DNA of 62,907 bases, the filler included, from Rhabdomonas costata (lineage: Eukaryota): NCBI GenBank assembly GCA_019059605.1. It is 39 parts of 39 records of this genome, joined end to end, with 100 filler letters (N's around TTAATTAATTAA, not from the genome) between each part and the next. Parts side by side here need not be neighbours in the genome. Positions count along the whole stretch, not along the records: positions 38,785 to 40,300 come from JAHMHO010014042.1; positions 40,401 to 41,909 come from JAHMHO010014043.1; positions 42,010 to 43,524 come from JAHMHO010014044.1; positions 43,625 to 45,140 come from JAHMHO010014045.1; positions 45,241 to 46,755 come from JAHMHO010014046.1; positions 46,856 to 48,370 come from JAHMHO010014047.1; positions 48,471 to 49,985 come from JAHMHO010014048.1; positions 50,086 to 51,598 come from JAHMHO010014049.1; 31 more parts are not named here. One strand, given 5' to 3'. Made by a program: the position numbers and the translations under genes. The notes under the pieces were generated by a model, which made no database searches, was not told the origin of the DNA, and worked only from the letters and a program-made list of their open reading frames with translations. Within the stretch, counting starts at the first letter, position 1, and each line of letters begins with the position of its first letter. Below, one piece after another: positions 38,930 to 51,705 of the stretch.

Positions 38930-40160
38930 CCACTACAGCCCTGGGCGGCCAGGGGCGCCGCAAAGCTCAGCCCCAGGACCTTCCCCAGTGCTGGCCGGGC
39001 CCACTGCAGCGGGGGCATCACAAACGCCTCCGAGCTGCCGGCGCCAAGGGAGAGCTGGGGAAGGGTGACCACGTCGTGGGCTCCGGAGTCACGCCCCACG
39101 GCTAGCAAACTGCTGCACGGGGAGAGGGCAAGGCGATGGGGCTGCAGCCCGTCCCCACGTCCAGGAGCCACCAATGTCACCTAATCATACCACGCGTACG
39201 ACGTGGTAATCTTACCACAGGTATGAAGTGCTGGAAGAGAGAGAAGCATTGTTTCGACATGTGGAATGTTCAAAGAACCTTCAGCTATGAGAGCACCCAG
39301 CGCCAAGCTGTAAAATGGTCTCTCTGACCTTGGTGCTGGGGGGGGGGCAGGAAAAAAGGATCAGTGAAAGCGGATTCACAGTGCTTTCACTGTCGCTTGA
39401 GCTTGTGAACCGCAGTCTTCGCTTTGCAATAAACGGCACAATTGGCATCCTATCTCCCGGAGGGTGAAAAACCAGTGCTTTCTTTTTCCTCCACGTTGCT
39501 TCCAAGCAAACCTCACCGCAAGAGAGAGATAGAGAGAGAGTAAGACGAAAAGCCAACATTTCCCTTACAAAAAACCAGGCGCAAAACCCCCCAACTGAAC
39601 CCTGAACTGGCAGAAAGACCTCCTGCTCCGTCCCAGTGTCCCCGTTCTGGCACTGCACAACCCAAGCGGTTCCGTCCCGCAGTCCCACGAACACTGGCGC
39701 AGGGTAGCCCAGCTGTGTCCGCCCCACAAGCACGCACCGGGCCTGTGCCCCCGGCGGAATCCCGGCCGCCGCAGAGATAAAAGTCTTGGCACTGCGAAAT
39801 TCGACAGGAAGCAATGTGGAGCTGAGGCATCCGGAAGGTGAGGGAAGTTTCTGTTTAGTGTCACTGTGGTCAATGCAAACTGTGGTAAAAGTATCAGGGC
39901 CTGAATTGATCGACCTGAGTTGGAAGTCATGCTCCAAATCCACAGCTGGCGGCAAAGAAGTTTTGCATTTGACAAAGCTCAATCTAAAATGGATCCTCTC
40001 CATAGTAAAAAAAAAAGGCAAACAATTCCCAAACTTTCTGGTGCTGCTTGCTCGAGGGCTCTTTTGGACCCTTATGGTTGGTCCTCCCCCTCCTTCTTGC
40101 ACCATGACCTTCCCGTGCTCGCTTGAAGTCTCCAGGAGGCCCCCACAAAGCGTCAAAGTT
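38930..40160 (-). CDS. Hypothetical WD40/beta-propeller-like protein exons
   Basis: VFVGLRDGTAWV and HRLALSPCSSLLAVGRDSG...VLGLSF resemble WD40 strands. Exon structure is only partly resolved. Confidence 0.45.
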
Positions 40161-42242
40161 GACCTAAAACTTTGACCTAAAGCGACAAAAAAATGCTCAA
40201 AATTAGCCATAATTAGGCAAAAACAGCCCAAAATAGACAAAAATTCATAATTCATAAAATAGCATCCGTGTCGTCAATTTCCTCCTCCTACCACCCCACA
40301 NNNNNNNNNNNNNNNNNNNNNNNNNNNNNNNNNNNNNNNNNNNNTTAATTAATTAANNNNNNNNNNNNNNNNNNNNNNNNNNNNNNNNNNNNNNNNNNNN
40401 GTGTGGGTAGCGAACAGACCTCATTGCGTGGTAGACTTTAGCTGCAAAACGAAGGGAAACCGTGCTATTGACCGCGGTGAACGCTACTAACCCATGCTCG
40501 GGGAACTTATGTCGACCCTTCTCACATTGAAGCCGTTGAACCCCTTCCACAAGTCTTGCAGGAGTGATGCCCTGAATCACCTCATTTTCTTTATAATCTT
40601 AACTTCTATTTCGGGGTGCAGATTTTACCTTACGCGATTCGGAGCGACTCCCAAGACGTCCGTACCTCGAGTGACCTTCCAAGCTCCATCTGGGCTGCCC
40701 ATGCACCCCACGGGGGCTCACCCTCCGCAGCCTCAGTCCCCGTCCCAGGCCCTGTACCTGCAGTGCCTCATCCAGGGACCCCGCCCCCAGCGGCAATCTC
40801 TTCCGCGGACTGGGCTTGCCATGTGCGTGACCTCCCTCTCCTTCTTCACTCTTCCTCCAAGCGCAGGCGCCCAGTCGCGTCGGTCGAAAGTCAGTGGTTT
40901 AGTGAGCCGCAAACCAGTGAAGGGAGCGGCCAGCCTGCTGCGGGCTTGGGATGGCGAGGAGGGGGGAGGTCCGGTGTGGTACGGTCCACGCAAACGAAAA
41001 ATTAAACTGCCGGAAGGCTTGGTCCCTGGAGACGCCAAGGTATCGGTTTTTTTCTCAAATTTGGTTTTTGGACTGATTCTGATAATGAGGCATTGAATCG
41101 GAAAAAGGAGGTCACCCCGCATCCGAACAAAACCAAGACAAAGCTTCACAAGAAATGAGAGCGGTTGTACCGTGTGAGGAGGCTATCACAAACGAAGATC
41201 CGCGTGCAGCTTAAAAGTGCCTGAAATCCAATTCCGCACATATTGACCGGCTCTGCAGCACGTGCATGGCTGCCCTTTTGCGACTTAAGCAGAGGTGGGA
41301 TCACAGGGCAGCGTTTGGGCTGGAAACAGGAAAGCCTTCCGATGCATTTTTTGTCCGTGCACGCTTTTTGGCGTGTTAGTGTGTTAGGGTGATAGTTTGA
41401 TAGTGGGACTGTGTGTGGGCAGAGAGATCTATTTCTGCAATCATCCCAAGATTTTCGCGATTGTTTGAGACTCAGTCAGGTCAGTCTTCACGCAACTTAA
41501 GTCTAAAACTGCTGGCCCCTATGTTTACAGGAGAAGTCCTGGTTGTGGTGGGGCTAGAGTTGCCTCGTCCTTACGCGTAAGCGAGACCAGCGCGTTAGAT
41601 GGTGGCTATGGATTGGAGCCAATTTCAGTGGCTGGCAGTATCTTGTTCAGTGGATGGGTTGGTAGGTGGGTCCCCTGATTCTGCTTCTCCCAGAGGTGCA
41701 CCCTTCTCAATCCGAGCTCCTCTTCGGAGTGCTCGATGTGCTCCACCCCTCGTGCTGGTCCTCGTCCACCGGAGATTCCCCGAAGCCCCTTTTCCTCCAC
41801 TCCGTCATCGTCGTCCTCCTCAGCCCCGAGGACACCTTTTGACCCCAGGGCATCTTCCTCCACCCACAACCAACAGCAGCACCGTCCCCAACAAACCACC
41901 CATCAACACNNNNNNNNNNNNNNNNNNNNNNNNNNNNNNNNNNNNNNNNNNNNTTAATTAATTAANNNNNNNNNNNNNNNNNNNNNNNNNNNNNNNNNNN
42001 NNNNNNNNNTTGTGTTGGTTTCCCCCATTTTATTACCCTCAACACCTCCAAAAAAAAGCCTGAAACTGAAAACGATCCTCTGGGTGAGACCGAGGTCCCG
42101 GGACACAACCTAGGGCAACTGTCGCGGTCTCCAATGGACTTTGCAAACCATCTTGCAGTGTACAGCCACACGTAAACAGGCAGAAGGAAGTAAAAAAAAA
42201 CCCGAAGGAGCTCCACCACGTTCACACTCGCACACTCGCGCC

Positions 42243-43381
42243 CAACCTCTTCTTCGCATACAACGAGGCCACGGCGGCCATCCTGGCCTCTGGGCTGACA
42301 TGCAGCTTGACAAACGTGTCGATCGTTCCTCGATCGGGTCGTCGAGGAGAGCTGGGGAGAAAAAGAAAAGAAAGCCCATTGCCAGGCACTTTCAGCGAGC
42401 AGGCGCATGAGAAGTTTCGGGGCCAACATAAAGGGATGGGAGCCGCACACCTGCAGTCTCGGTACATCTTCCTCTTCACGGTCTTCAGCTGAAGCTCTTC
42501 CTTTCGGGTCCAATTCTCGAAAACCTGAGCGTTAGTTATAAGCGGTAAGCCACTGCGCGGCATTGCAGAATTGAGGGCTGAGAGAAGGACATCCAAATAC
42601 GATCGCTCCGCTGAGCTGTCAAGTCCATCATAAAAGCTGGACCGAACCCACTGAAATGAGCACGCGAATAAACACGCAAAAGTATGAAGCGAAAGTGCAG
42701 CAACGGTTCCACAGAAAACGCGGTTACCCGATCAAATCCTGATCCCCTGATCCATCCATCCATGCATCCATCTGCGGGTATATGGGTATATGGCATAAAA
42801 CCATTTTTGAATCATATTCTCGCAGTGACGTGACCTGTCTGTGGGTTTGTGGTGGCGCATCCAAGGGACACAGCCGTTTTGTTCTACCACTGACTCAGCT
42901 TCTCTACGTGCTTGTTGTGTTTTTGTTTTTCCCTACATTTCCTGAGTCAAACAAGAAGCGTCTTTGTGAGAGTCGCCAGCAACCACCAGAGGACCAATGC
43001 GGCAATACACTTTGTACAGGGTACCCTCTACTCGGGATTTTTCGGTATGAGCAAGTATGCGAGAGACACAGCCAGCCAGCAAAACACCTCCGCAATGGCA
43101 GTGGAGCGTTCCTGCAGCCACACCCGTAGCCACCGCTGCACCCACCTCACCCGCCGTAGGAACCTCCGCAGCCTAAGCAGGAACAGGTCCACGTTGCGCC
43201 GGGTCACCATCAGGGCGTTCACCACGACGGCCACGGTATGACCGGGGCAAAAGTCCCGGCCCATCGGAAACCGCCGCAGGTGGAACCCTGCAAAAGCGGA
43301 GAGGAAGTGCAGCAGCTTCACAGAGGGGTCCGTGACATCCATCGGGGAGCATCCCGAGAAAAACTCCTGCTCCAAGTCCAT
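42243..43381 (-). CDS. Hypothetical multi-exon protein with a basic IQ-like helix
   Basis: ATG at 43381 gives MDLEQEFF...LLRLRRFLRRVRWVQRWLRVW. Later GC-rich exons read VFENWTRKEELQLK and IDTFVKLHVSPEARMAAVASLY. Confidence 0.55.
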
Positions 43382-43624
43382 TGGGTGTCGGATAGTGGGT
43401 GGAGGGGAAGATGGGGCACAGACGGGAGAGGCACAAGAGCTTTGGCGACGTACGTAGAGACAAAGGCTGCACGCTTTCACCAAAACCTTATTCCCACTTC
43501 ACTCTGCTTCAGGGCAGCGTGCAANNNNNNNNNNNNNNNNNNNNNNNNNNNNNNNNNNNNNNNNNNNNTTAATTAATTAANNNNNNNNNNNNNNNNNNNN
43601 NNNNNNNNNNNNNNNNNNNNNNNN

Positions 43625-43950
43625 ACCACTCCAGTCAGCAACAGTAGCGCGGCCATGGCCCAGCATGTGCTCCGCCCTTAGCCAAGCACAGTCATGAGCC
43701 CACAATTAGGCCAAAACAACGAACTGCTTCAAAGAAATTTAGAGCCCATCAGGGGACCATCCACAACAGCACAAACTATCAGTACACGCAAGCCCAGGAT
43801 TTTCCGTGTACACACTTCATCCTGGAGCCATATTTCGAGCACGTAGAAGGGGGCTCTCGGAGAACCCCATAACCGCTCAGCCACTCTCGGAACGTTCTTT
43901 TATCATTGCAGAGGTCAATGACATCACATAGTGGATCCTTAAAGAAAAAA
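43625..43950 (-). mobile_element. Degenerate Merlin/ISXO2 (IS1595-like) transposase, N-terminal part
   Basis: REWLSGYGVLREPPSTCSKYGSRMKC..KSWAC resembles the zinc ribbon. After a frameshift comes *ISLKQFVVLA*LWAH...LGHGRATVADW, matching the HTH-region pattern Y.W.....lg.s..Tv.dW. Confidence 0.65.
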
Positions 43951-45261
43951 GGTTCACTGCTGAACGTGTGCCGTTTAGTGGACAAATTTAGATGGCAAAG
44001 ACCGTCCTGAATCCTATCCACATGCCTGTCTTTCGCGAATAAAGTAGGCCATTATGTGAGCGCCTGTCCAGATCTTCTTGGACCACAACACAGAAGCAGC
44101 AAGTGGACCACCCAAGTACCGCCACCAAATGCCGTGTTTGGCTTTGTGTCAGAAAGCAGATGTCCCGAACTGCCGGCGCCCATCTCTCTAGCTGTGCCCT
44201 TTTTGCCTTGCGCTTGCTTTCGTGCCATGCGGCAGAGGCTGCGAGATTCCCCCAAAATTCGGCCATGAGTTTTTAAAACGCTTGGAACCGTAGCATCCAC
44301 CTTTTTTTTTCGGAACGCCAGCCGGTATGTCCGCATTGAAGCGCTTAGAAACGACGAGCAAAGTTTTCCGCCTTGGAGATCTCTTTCTGGCTCAGGCCAG
44401 CACCCCCTTTAAATTCCGGTAAACGGATGATTGATTCAAGAGTTTTTGAGAAACCCAGCCACGCGCACGGCGGCTGTTCGAGGTGAAGCGCGTAAATCCC
44501 GTACTCTGCCCTCTTCCGGGGCTGGTGGGTGGAAATGGAACCGGTTGAATCGCCGCGGTTGTGCTGATAGCTGTTTCTGAATGGCTTGTCCCAATTCCCT
44601 TGCCCTGCACAATTATCCGGGCTGTGTTCCTGTTCCTGCCTAAATGACTTTCCAGGCCACGCGCTGTTACATTTTACCGCACCTCACGGTCCCCGGCCTC
44701 TTTATTCACGGCCACTCATGTGTTCCAGTGGTCTCTCGCGGCCGCTTTACATAGCCGAACCTTCCACCACTTTTCGCGCACTTTTGGCCGGTGCAGCATT
44801 AAGAAGGAGAATGGGTTGGGACCTTTTTCCGTGCAACCTGGCTTTCGACCCGGTTCCGTTCCCACCAGTGCTGTTTTGCGGTGCTCGATTGTATTGAGGG
44901 TTTGCCCCCCCGTACCCGTGTGGAAAGTGGTCGGAAAGGCGGAAAGTGGGAAAGCAAGTAAATGAAACCCGTGTCCCCACAGATCTCGTCGACAGTGCCC
45001 CTGCCATTCCTTATCTCGAATACGCCGCTTACGCTTCAGCCTGCTCCTTTCTCCATTCCCCATCACGCAAGCACTCCTTTGAAGCCTCCTTGCGCACACA
45101 AAAACCCCCCTTTGGATCAGATCCGTGCCTTCCACTAGTTNNNNNNNNNNNNNNNNNNNNNNNNNNNNNNNNNNNNNNNNNNNNTTAATTAATTAANNNN
45201 NNNNNNNNNNNNNNNNNNNNNNNNNNNNNNNNNNNNNNNNGGGGTGGGGGGGGGAGCAACC

Positions 45262-46740
45262 CCCGTGCCATGGCTGCTGCTTTTCTCCACTCGGAACTCC
45301 GCGCGGGAGAGCAGGTACTCGGGCTCCACTGTGGTCCCCAGCCGCCGCGCCTCGAAGTCCCCGCGGTTCACCTCGGGAAGCTCTGCAATGCTCACCCCGG
45401 CGTAGGTCCACCCCAGCTTGCGCACATGCCCCGCAAAGGCGTCCCGCGCGGAAATTGCGAACCAGTGCTCACGCCGCCTCGAGGGCTGAACTGCATCCCA
45501 CCCCCCACCGCAAGTGCAAAAAGAAAAAGAAAAGGGCCTTCGGCTGGACTGTTGCCGGTTGCTACTTACATTTCATATTAAAAGCGAGAAATTTAACATC
45601 CAACCAAGAAAATTGTGAAAACACAGCACAAAAAGCAAACCGGGCAAAAGGTGTGCCAATTCCTTTTTTTCTTGCTGTTGAGACCAAAGAGAGCTCTTTA
45701 CTACACAGCTCTCGGACAATATTCCTTATTGCGTGTGAACCAGGAACCCAAACCGCCCGCACTTGCTCCTTCCTTGCTTCCTGGGCAAGTTTCTTTTCAC
45801 TGAAGAAGTCGTGATAGGTTCGGGGCCTGCGCTGGGGTGGAAGCCAAGCATTAGGCTCGAACCGCAACCACAATCATAGATTAAGACCTGCCACACTGCA
45901 CGTATGTACCCCATCCCTCTCCGCGGAGTGTGGTGTCGGAGGTCGGTGAATGCACGTCTCTGTTAGTGTGAGCGCGGGGAGGGGAGGAATGATGGTGTGT
46001 GGGAACGCACCAACGATCACGAGAAGGGAGGGATGATCCGAGACGGTGGCCAGCCCTACGATCTCACTGAACAGGTACAAGGACAGGGATTGCGAGGCCC
46101 CGCCCCGCAGGTCCCCCTCCACGGGGGCCTGGCAGATCCCGTAGGTCGTCAGCTTGAGCACTACCGGGACAAGCTCGGAGCTCCACCGCAGCTTCTGCGC
46201 CGGCACTGCTCCCCGGACCTGCAGCAACCCCCGCCCTCCTCGACAGAAAAAGAAGACTGAAGATTTTCAAACCTGGGTTTCAGCACACCCAAGAAATCAA
46301 CCCCAACAACCCAAAACTGATCAAAGGAGCAGGGGGAAAAGGTGAGGTGTCAGATAAACCATGGAAAACGTCGGGGGGAGGGGCATCATTTGGTGGGTTT
46401 TGCTAGGCATTGCTAGGTTTAAAAACGACGGCTCAGGGATTCGTACACATACACAAGGACATGTGACAGGTCTCACTATTATCCCTGCCCAAAACAGAAT
46501 TACTAACATACAAACACTTTGGACTTGCTCTCCCAGAGGCTCCAGGCAGTCTCAAAGACCACACCCCTGACTGTACGGCGTGTGCACATAATCACCTCCT
46601 GAGGAAGCTGCAGGGAGGGCGGCAGGGTGGCGGTCACGGCAGTGCAGTAGCGGTTGACATCGCACAGCAGTCGCGCGCGGTGCACGCAGCTGAAGTCCAT
46701 CCGATTCTCCGCCTTCTTCCCAGGCACACGGTAGTGCAGG
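45262..46740 (-). CDS. DNAJC13: DNAJC13/RME-8 N-terminal region, exons ~46740-46596, 46218-46011, 45490-~45262
   Basis: FSCVHRARLLCD; KLRWSSELVPVVLKLTTYGICQ; YLFSEIVGLATVSD; HWFAISARD...YAGVSI...RRLG...SRAEFRVEK. These are colinear with RME-8 (FSTEHRTELL; KHHWSD..PVILEVTPGG; YIGISL; SLAEFVVQK). Confidence 0.88.
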
Positions 46741-48848
46741 GTGAACCACCCCCCCNNNNNNNNNNNNNNNNNNNNNNNNNNNNNNNNNNNNNNNNNNNNT
46801 TAATTAATTAANNNNNNNNNNNNNNNNNNNNNNNNNNNNNNNNNNNNNNNNNNNNGTGTTTTTAGGGGGCGATACACACGATGCAGGGGTCCCGAGGGAT
46901 TCCAGTGACAGTTTAGTAGGAGCTAACTGAGTCCTAAAACTTCCAGGCTGGGCTTGAAAAGTGAGCATGGCAGCGCACCGCCGCAATATACCAGCTGCTG
47001 CAGAAGATGTCCAAGGTACCAGGGACTGTTAATGTAAGCAGGAGGGGGGTTGCACAATTACTTTTTCCCGGGAGAGAGCTACAATTGACCTTCGCCAGCG
47101 GGTTCCAATCTAGACGTACGGATCAGGGCAGGAACCATTTGCTGTTTTGAAATATAGCACCTCCACGGCGGTTCACGGTCAGCTACCGTCTACTCCCTCT
47201 CGCTCACTCCTCTCTGTCGGGCACACACCGATCGGGCCTTGTCGGTGTTGTGGTCCTTAAGAAGCTCAAGGACGTCCTGGAGCTCCTTGTGAGTGAAGCA
47301 AGCCGGGGAGGCGCTGGTGGAGGCCTCCGCCTCAACCTTCTTCAGCGCCTTCTTGAGAAGCTCAACACAGTGCTGCGGGTGTGCATTGAAGATCAGCTTT
47401 GTACAGGGACCGGCAAATACAGCCCCTCCCTCCAAGACCACGACGACACAATCGAGGCAACGGATGAAAAGCACTAGCATCAGCTCCTTCTTCAAGGCAC
47501 AAGGCACAACCAAAGGGAACTCGAATGCCTCCAACTGCACCAAGCACAGACAGATAATTCCCAAATACACCCGAATAGCTCTGCACTCACCAAAAGCTGA
47601 AGTTGGCTGCTCTTTCCTTCTGACCGCAACAAAGGGGGTGCAGAGCAGCTGGCCTACTAGTAGAAGAAAGAGCTAAGCCCTTTTTTAACTATCGAGGAAG
47701 TACTGGGGTATGAGAAAAGTGTCATCGTGCGCCAGTGCTGCAAGAAAGAAAGGCAGCCATGACAGATCCTCCTGAGTGTCTAGAGCCCACGCCTTGAGGG
47801 GGTGGATGCGAGCAGGATACGATCCGTGCGGGAAAGGGGTGACCTTATTTGGTACAGTTCCTGTCTGTGGACAGGGGATAGAAACCAACTTTTCATGGCA
47901 CACTTTGCTGCTGCCTGTCATGTGCAGGTTTCTTGCGGCTGACGAAGTCCCCTTTTGCTCTCTTGTTTTCGCTTGCGCGCGCGTTTGAGTGGAAACTCGA
48001 GAGTAACCACCACTCTAAAAAGTACCATGAAATCCTACTCAGGGAGTCATAGGCAGAGACACTGTCAGATTCGAGTCCTGGTGTACCCTGTTGACCCCCT
48101 CCGGTAGCAAGTCTGCAAGTTCCACCTATGGGCATTGAAAAAATACTAAGAGATCCCTTTCGGACTTAAACGTCAATGTATTAACAGGAACAAGAGAATT
48201 CGACGTGAAAGAAAGGGAACTTTCTGAACCTTCGCAGAGTCCGCGGGCTGCATCTTATCGGTTAGGGCGAACTCGGGACAGCACTTGTTGCCCGAGGGCT
48301 TCGAGGTGCAGATACCCGTGGCAACAGCTCCCTCGGGGAACAAGTGCTGTCCCGAGTTCGCCCCAACACANNNNNNNNNNNNNNNNNNNNNNNNNNNNNN
48401 NNNNNNNNNNNNNNTTAATTAATTAANNNNNNNNNNNNNNNNNNNNNNNNNNNNNNNNNNNNNNNNNNNNGTGTGAGGATGAGGAGCACAGGTGGTCGGG
48501 TAGCGTGTCGTTAGGATGTTGAGACGGATGGCGTAGGGTTGGTTTTGAGAGGTCAAACTTGGACGGGAGATTAGATGAGCGCATTTCTCCCGATTTGAGG
48601 GTGATCACCACGCTTTCCAGTACGGAGCGTGTTGTTTTGTAGAGTGTGGAGAGCGTTACAAGTGTTGTGCGGTAATTGTATCAGTAAGAACGGACCACCT
48701 GATGGAGCAACTTTTTGAGCAGATAACGCTGGGAATATATGATTGTCCTTACTTTTTCCAATCCAATTCAATTTTGCAAACACTACGGGTTTTCTTCCCA
48801 AAGAACTAACACTGACAGCTTTGTTTCCTGAGCGGGTGGTCCCCGACG

Positions 48849-49822
48849 TTGAAGTTTCAATTGAAGAAGGATAAAAACACCCCGCCTCCGAGGCCACTAC
48901 TGTTCCTACAGCTTAAGTTTGTGAAACATGTAGTGCCCTACCTGTTGGATTCAGGAGCTTCAGATTGCTTCATTGGCGAAGCCCTGGTCATTGAACTGCA
49001 ACTACCGCGCAAGCTTATGAAGCAGTTGATGTCATTCAGAGTTGCTAACGGAACCACCTTGGTGGTAGACACATTTGTCAGAGTGTCTGCCTTGCTGGGC
49101 AAAATGCCTGTGCGTCTGTTCGTTAGTGTAATTTTCACCCCCATTACCGCAGTCTTGGGCTACAATTTTCTCCACCGACATCAACATTTGGTGGATTGGA
49201 GAAAGCGCCGAGTTCAGATCGTTAGGTGTGAGATCACCTACGATATCCACGCCCTACATGCGTCTGACGTATTCCGAAATGCTGGAAGGATAATACATTC
49301 CCACTCAATGGCTCTGTATGAAAATGAACCAGCGGAGCAGAAGCCCACTCGAGTCGAAGTTGCTTTCTCACCGACGAACTCCACAGCACGCGGAGAGCCA
49401 GATGCAAACCCGACAATGCAGATGCTCCACTCGCTGATTCGGCGAAGTCCTCACTACCATCCGATCTTTTTGCCATATCTTCAGAAGACTCATTGTAACT
49501 CTCCAATCTAGATATCCAGAATATCTCTGTCCCACCAGAACCGAAGCTACAATCCAAGAGAAGACAAAAGCTGTCCCCACGCAGTCTCGTTGAGATGCAG
49601 CTTGACCTCAAAAACCTCGACCACGAAATCTGCGGTCCCTCGCGCCTCAAGGCCGTAGTGCCCAAGGAAGTCCTTAAACTCAACCAAGAATTCGCGCGTC
49701 TCTTCCCATACAAGCTGCTCCCAGGTGTGCCACCATCCAGGCCTACCGGTCACAAAATAAACCAAGTGAAAGTCGCCAAAGTACCAGCTCAACAACTCTA
49801 CTGGGTTTCTTCCACCGCCTAA
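48849..49822 (+). mobile_element. Ty3/gypsy LTR retrotransposon pol fragment: aspartic protease plus the region preceding RT, degenerate
   Basis: LLDSGASDCFI, FRVANG and VLGYNFL...VDW mark a retropepsin. EFARLFPYKLLPGVPPSRPTGHKI...LY is typical of the pre-RT linker. Frameshifts and stops are present. Confidence 0.9.
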
Positions 49823-49985
49823 CGAAAATTTCAGAAAACACAGTGTCAGCGGACTACTGCAGAAGCCCACACGAGTCGAAGTTGCTTTCTCACCGACGAA
49901 CTCCACAGCACGCGGAGAGCCAGATGCAAACCCGACAATGCAGATGCTCCACTCGCTGATTCGGCGAAGTCCTCACTACCATCCG
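49337..49985 (+). repeat. 127-bp direct repeat (49337-49463, 49859-49985)
   Basis: Near-identical copies; the second replaces the expected RT continuation and runs to the contig end. Confidence 0.85.
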
Positions 49986-51705
49986 NNNNNNNNNNNNNNN
50001 NNNNNNNNNNNNNNNNNNNNNNNNNNNNNTTAATTAATTAANNNNNNNNNNNNNNNNNNNNNNNNNNNNNNNNNNNNNNNNNNNNGGGTTTGTTGCTGGC
50101 CACAGGCTTTGGGCCTGTCCGGGAGGCAGTCGCGCGGTACCTCGCCACATCCGAGGCCCAAGAGGAGGCTGCGTGGACGGAAAATCCGACCTGCAGTCGA
50201 AGGTTTTCTCCCTTCACCAGTGCCGTTTTTTCCTTTATACGCTCTCTCTGTTTTTATGTTCTCGTGTACTGGTCATTTCAAGCCTTTCAGCTTATGCTTC
50301 GACTAAGTGTAATCATTTTCCTTTCGGTTTGGTACCGTGATGCAGCTTTGTTTCCTTTTTTCTTGGCCGGCTTTCGCACCGCCCAAGAAAAAGCAGAATA
50401 ACAACAAAGCTTCGTATAGAAGCTGCAAGCGATTGGGGTTTGGAGAAGTGTCTTTTGTCCTTCCTGACATGGTGGTCCTGTGCTTTCTTGCTTTTGTTTC
50501 CACGACCCTATCATTTACACAGTGCTTACTCAGCTCTGCTGTGGAAGCGTGCGCAGCCCGGGTTGCTGAAGACCCCGGCCACCCACCCACACATGATTGA
50601 GGGCCTGTTACGCAACGCCGCAGCCTTCTACCGCTCCGAGGTCGTCCCCCACACCTCCCCCCACAGAAACTGAACCTGTTTTTGAGAATGTGGGCTGAAT
50701 GTTTACTAAGTCCGCAATTCGCAATGATTGCTGTTGAGGATTCTCTTTCGTTCTTGCTTGAGGAAAGTGTTTTCTGTCAACATCGCAAGTGCTCACATCC
50801 CGCTCGCTGAAAAGCCACCGCTGGTTTGGGTTCCCATCTTTCCATCCATTCGCTGTGTGCTTTAGTTGTACAAGAAGTTCATGGGGTACGTGGAGATGAC
50901 GTTCCCCTCCGTGCCAACGCCCTCGGTGTGTTGAAGGCTTTGACCCGTGCGTTGCCTATTATCAAGCTTCTGTAGCTGTTGTCGTGGCCGTTCTGTTCTC
51001 TCTCTCCCTTTCTACCGCTCTCAATTGGCACGAACGGGGTGAAGGAGGAGCCGATGTAGAAGGCCAATCAAAAACGAAAGGAATATAGAATATACGCAGT
51101 TACTTTCAGTCAAAGCCACTGCCACAGTGGGGCACAGAGAGCAAAAACTCAGGCCGTAGCAGAAAGTCACTGTATTGTCACCAACACAGTCACACCCTGA
51201 CACAAAGAGCTATATCTTACTACATCTACTCACTCGTATGGTGGTGCTCTTCGTCAGCGGGAAGGGTGGGAAATTTAAAATTCATTGCAGTGCTTCACAC
51301 CCACCGCGTTTCCTAGCCGACTGGTGAACTGAAATTGGTGATCCTCCAACCAAACCAGATCCAGATCCGACTAGTCATCCCAGAACACATCTCGAACCCT
51401 TTCTGTCGCGTTTTGGGTTGCACTGCAATAGCCAAAGTCGCGTCGTGCAGAAGCTGCCAGCGATCGACCCTGTACACTGTTTTTGATGCGCTGGGCGCAA
51501 AGAAGGTCCAATGGGGCCCATCAGAGCAGAGGGTGGTAACCTCCATCGCAAGAGGGAACGAAAAGGCTTCGCTCCACCAAAGAGCGATGACCACAAACNN
51601 NNNNNNNNNNNNNNNNNNNNNNNNNNNNNNNNNNNNNNNNNNTTAATTAATTAANNNNNNNNNNNNNNNNNNNNNNNNNNNNNNNNNNNNNNNNNNNNGT
51701 GGTGG

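Noticed and set aside
47772-47782. CTGAGTGTCTA resembling the Euglena spliced leader
   Set aside because: Only 11 nt match, the T-run and GT donor are missing, and it lies antisense in an exon-like region.
49859-49985. LTR of the gypsy element
   Set aside because: The repeat duplicates internal pol-region sequence, lacks TG...CA ends, and sits at a contig end, so it is probably a rearrangement or chimera.
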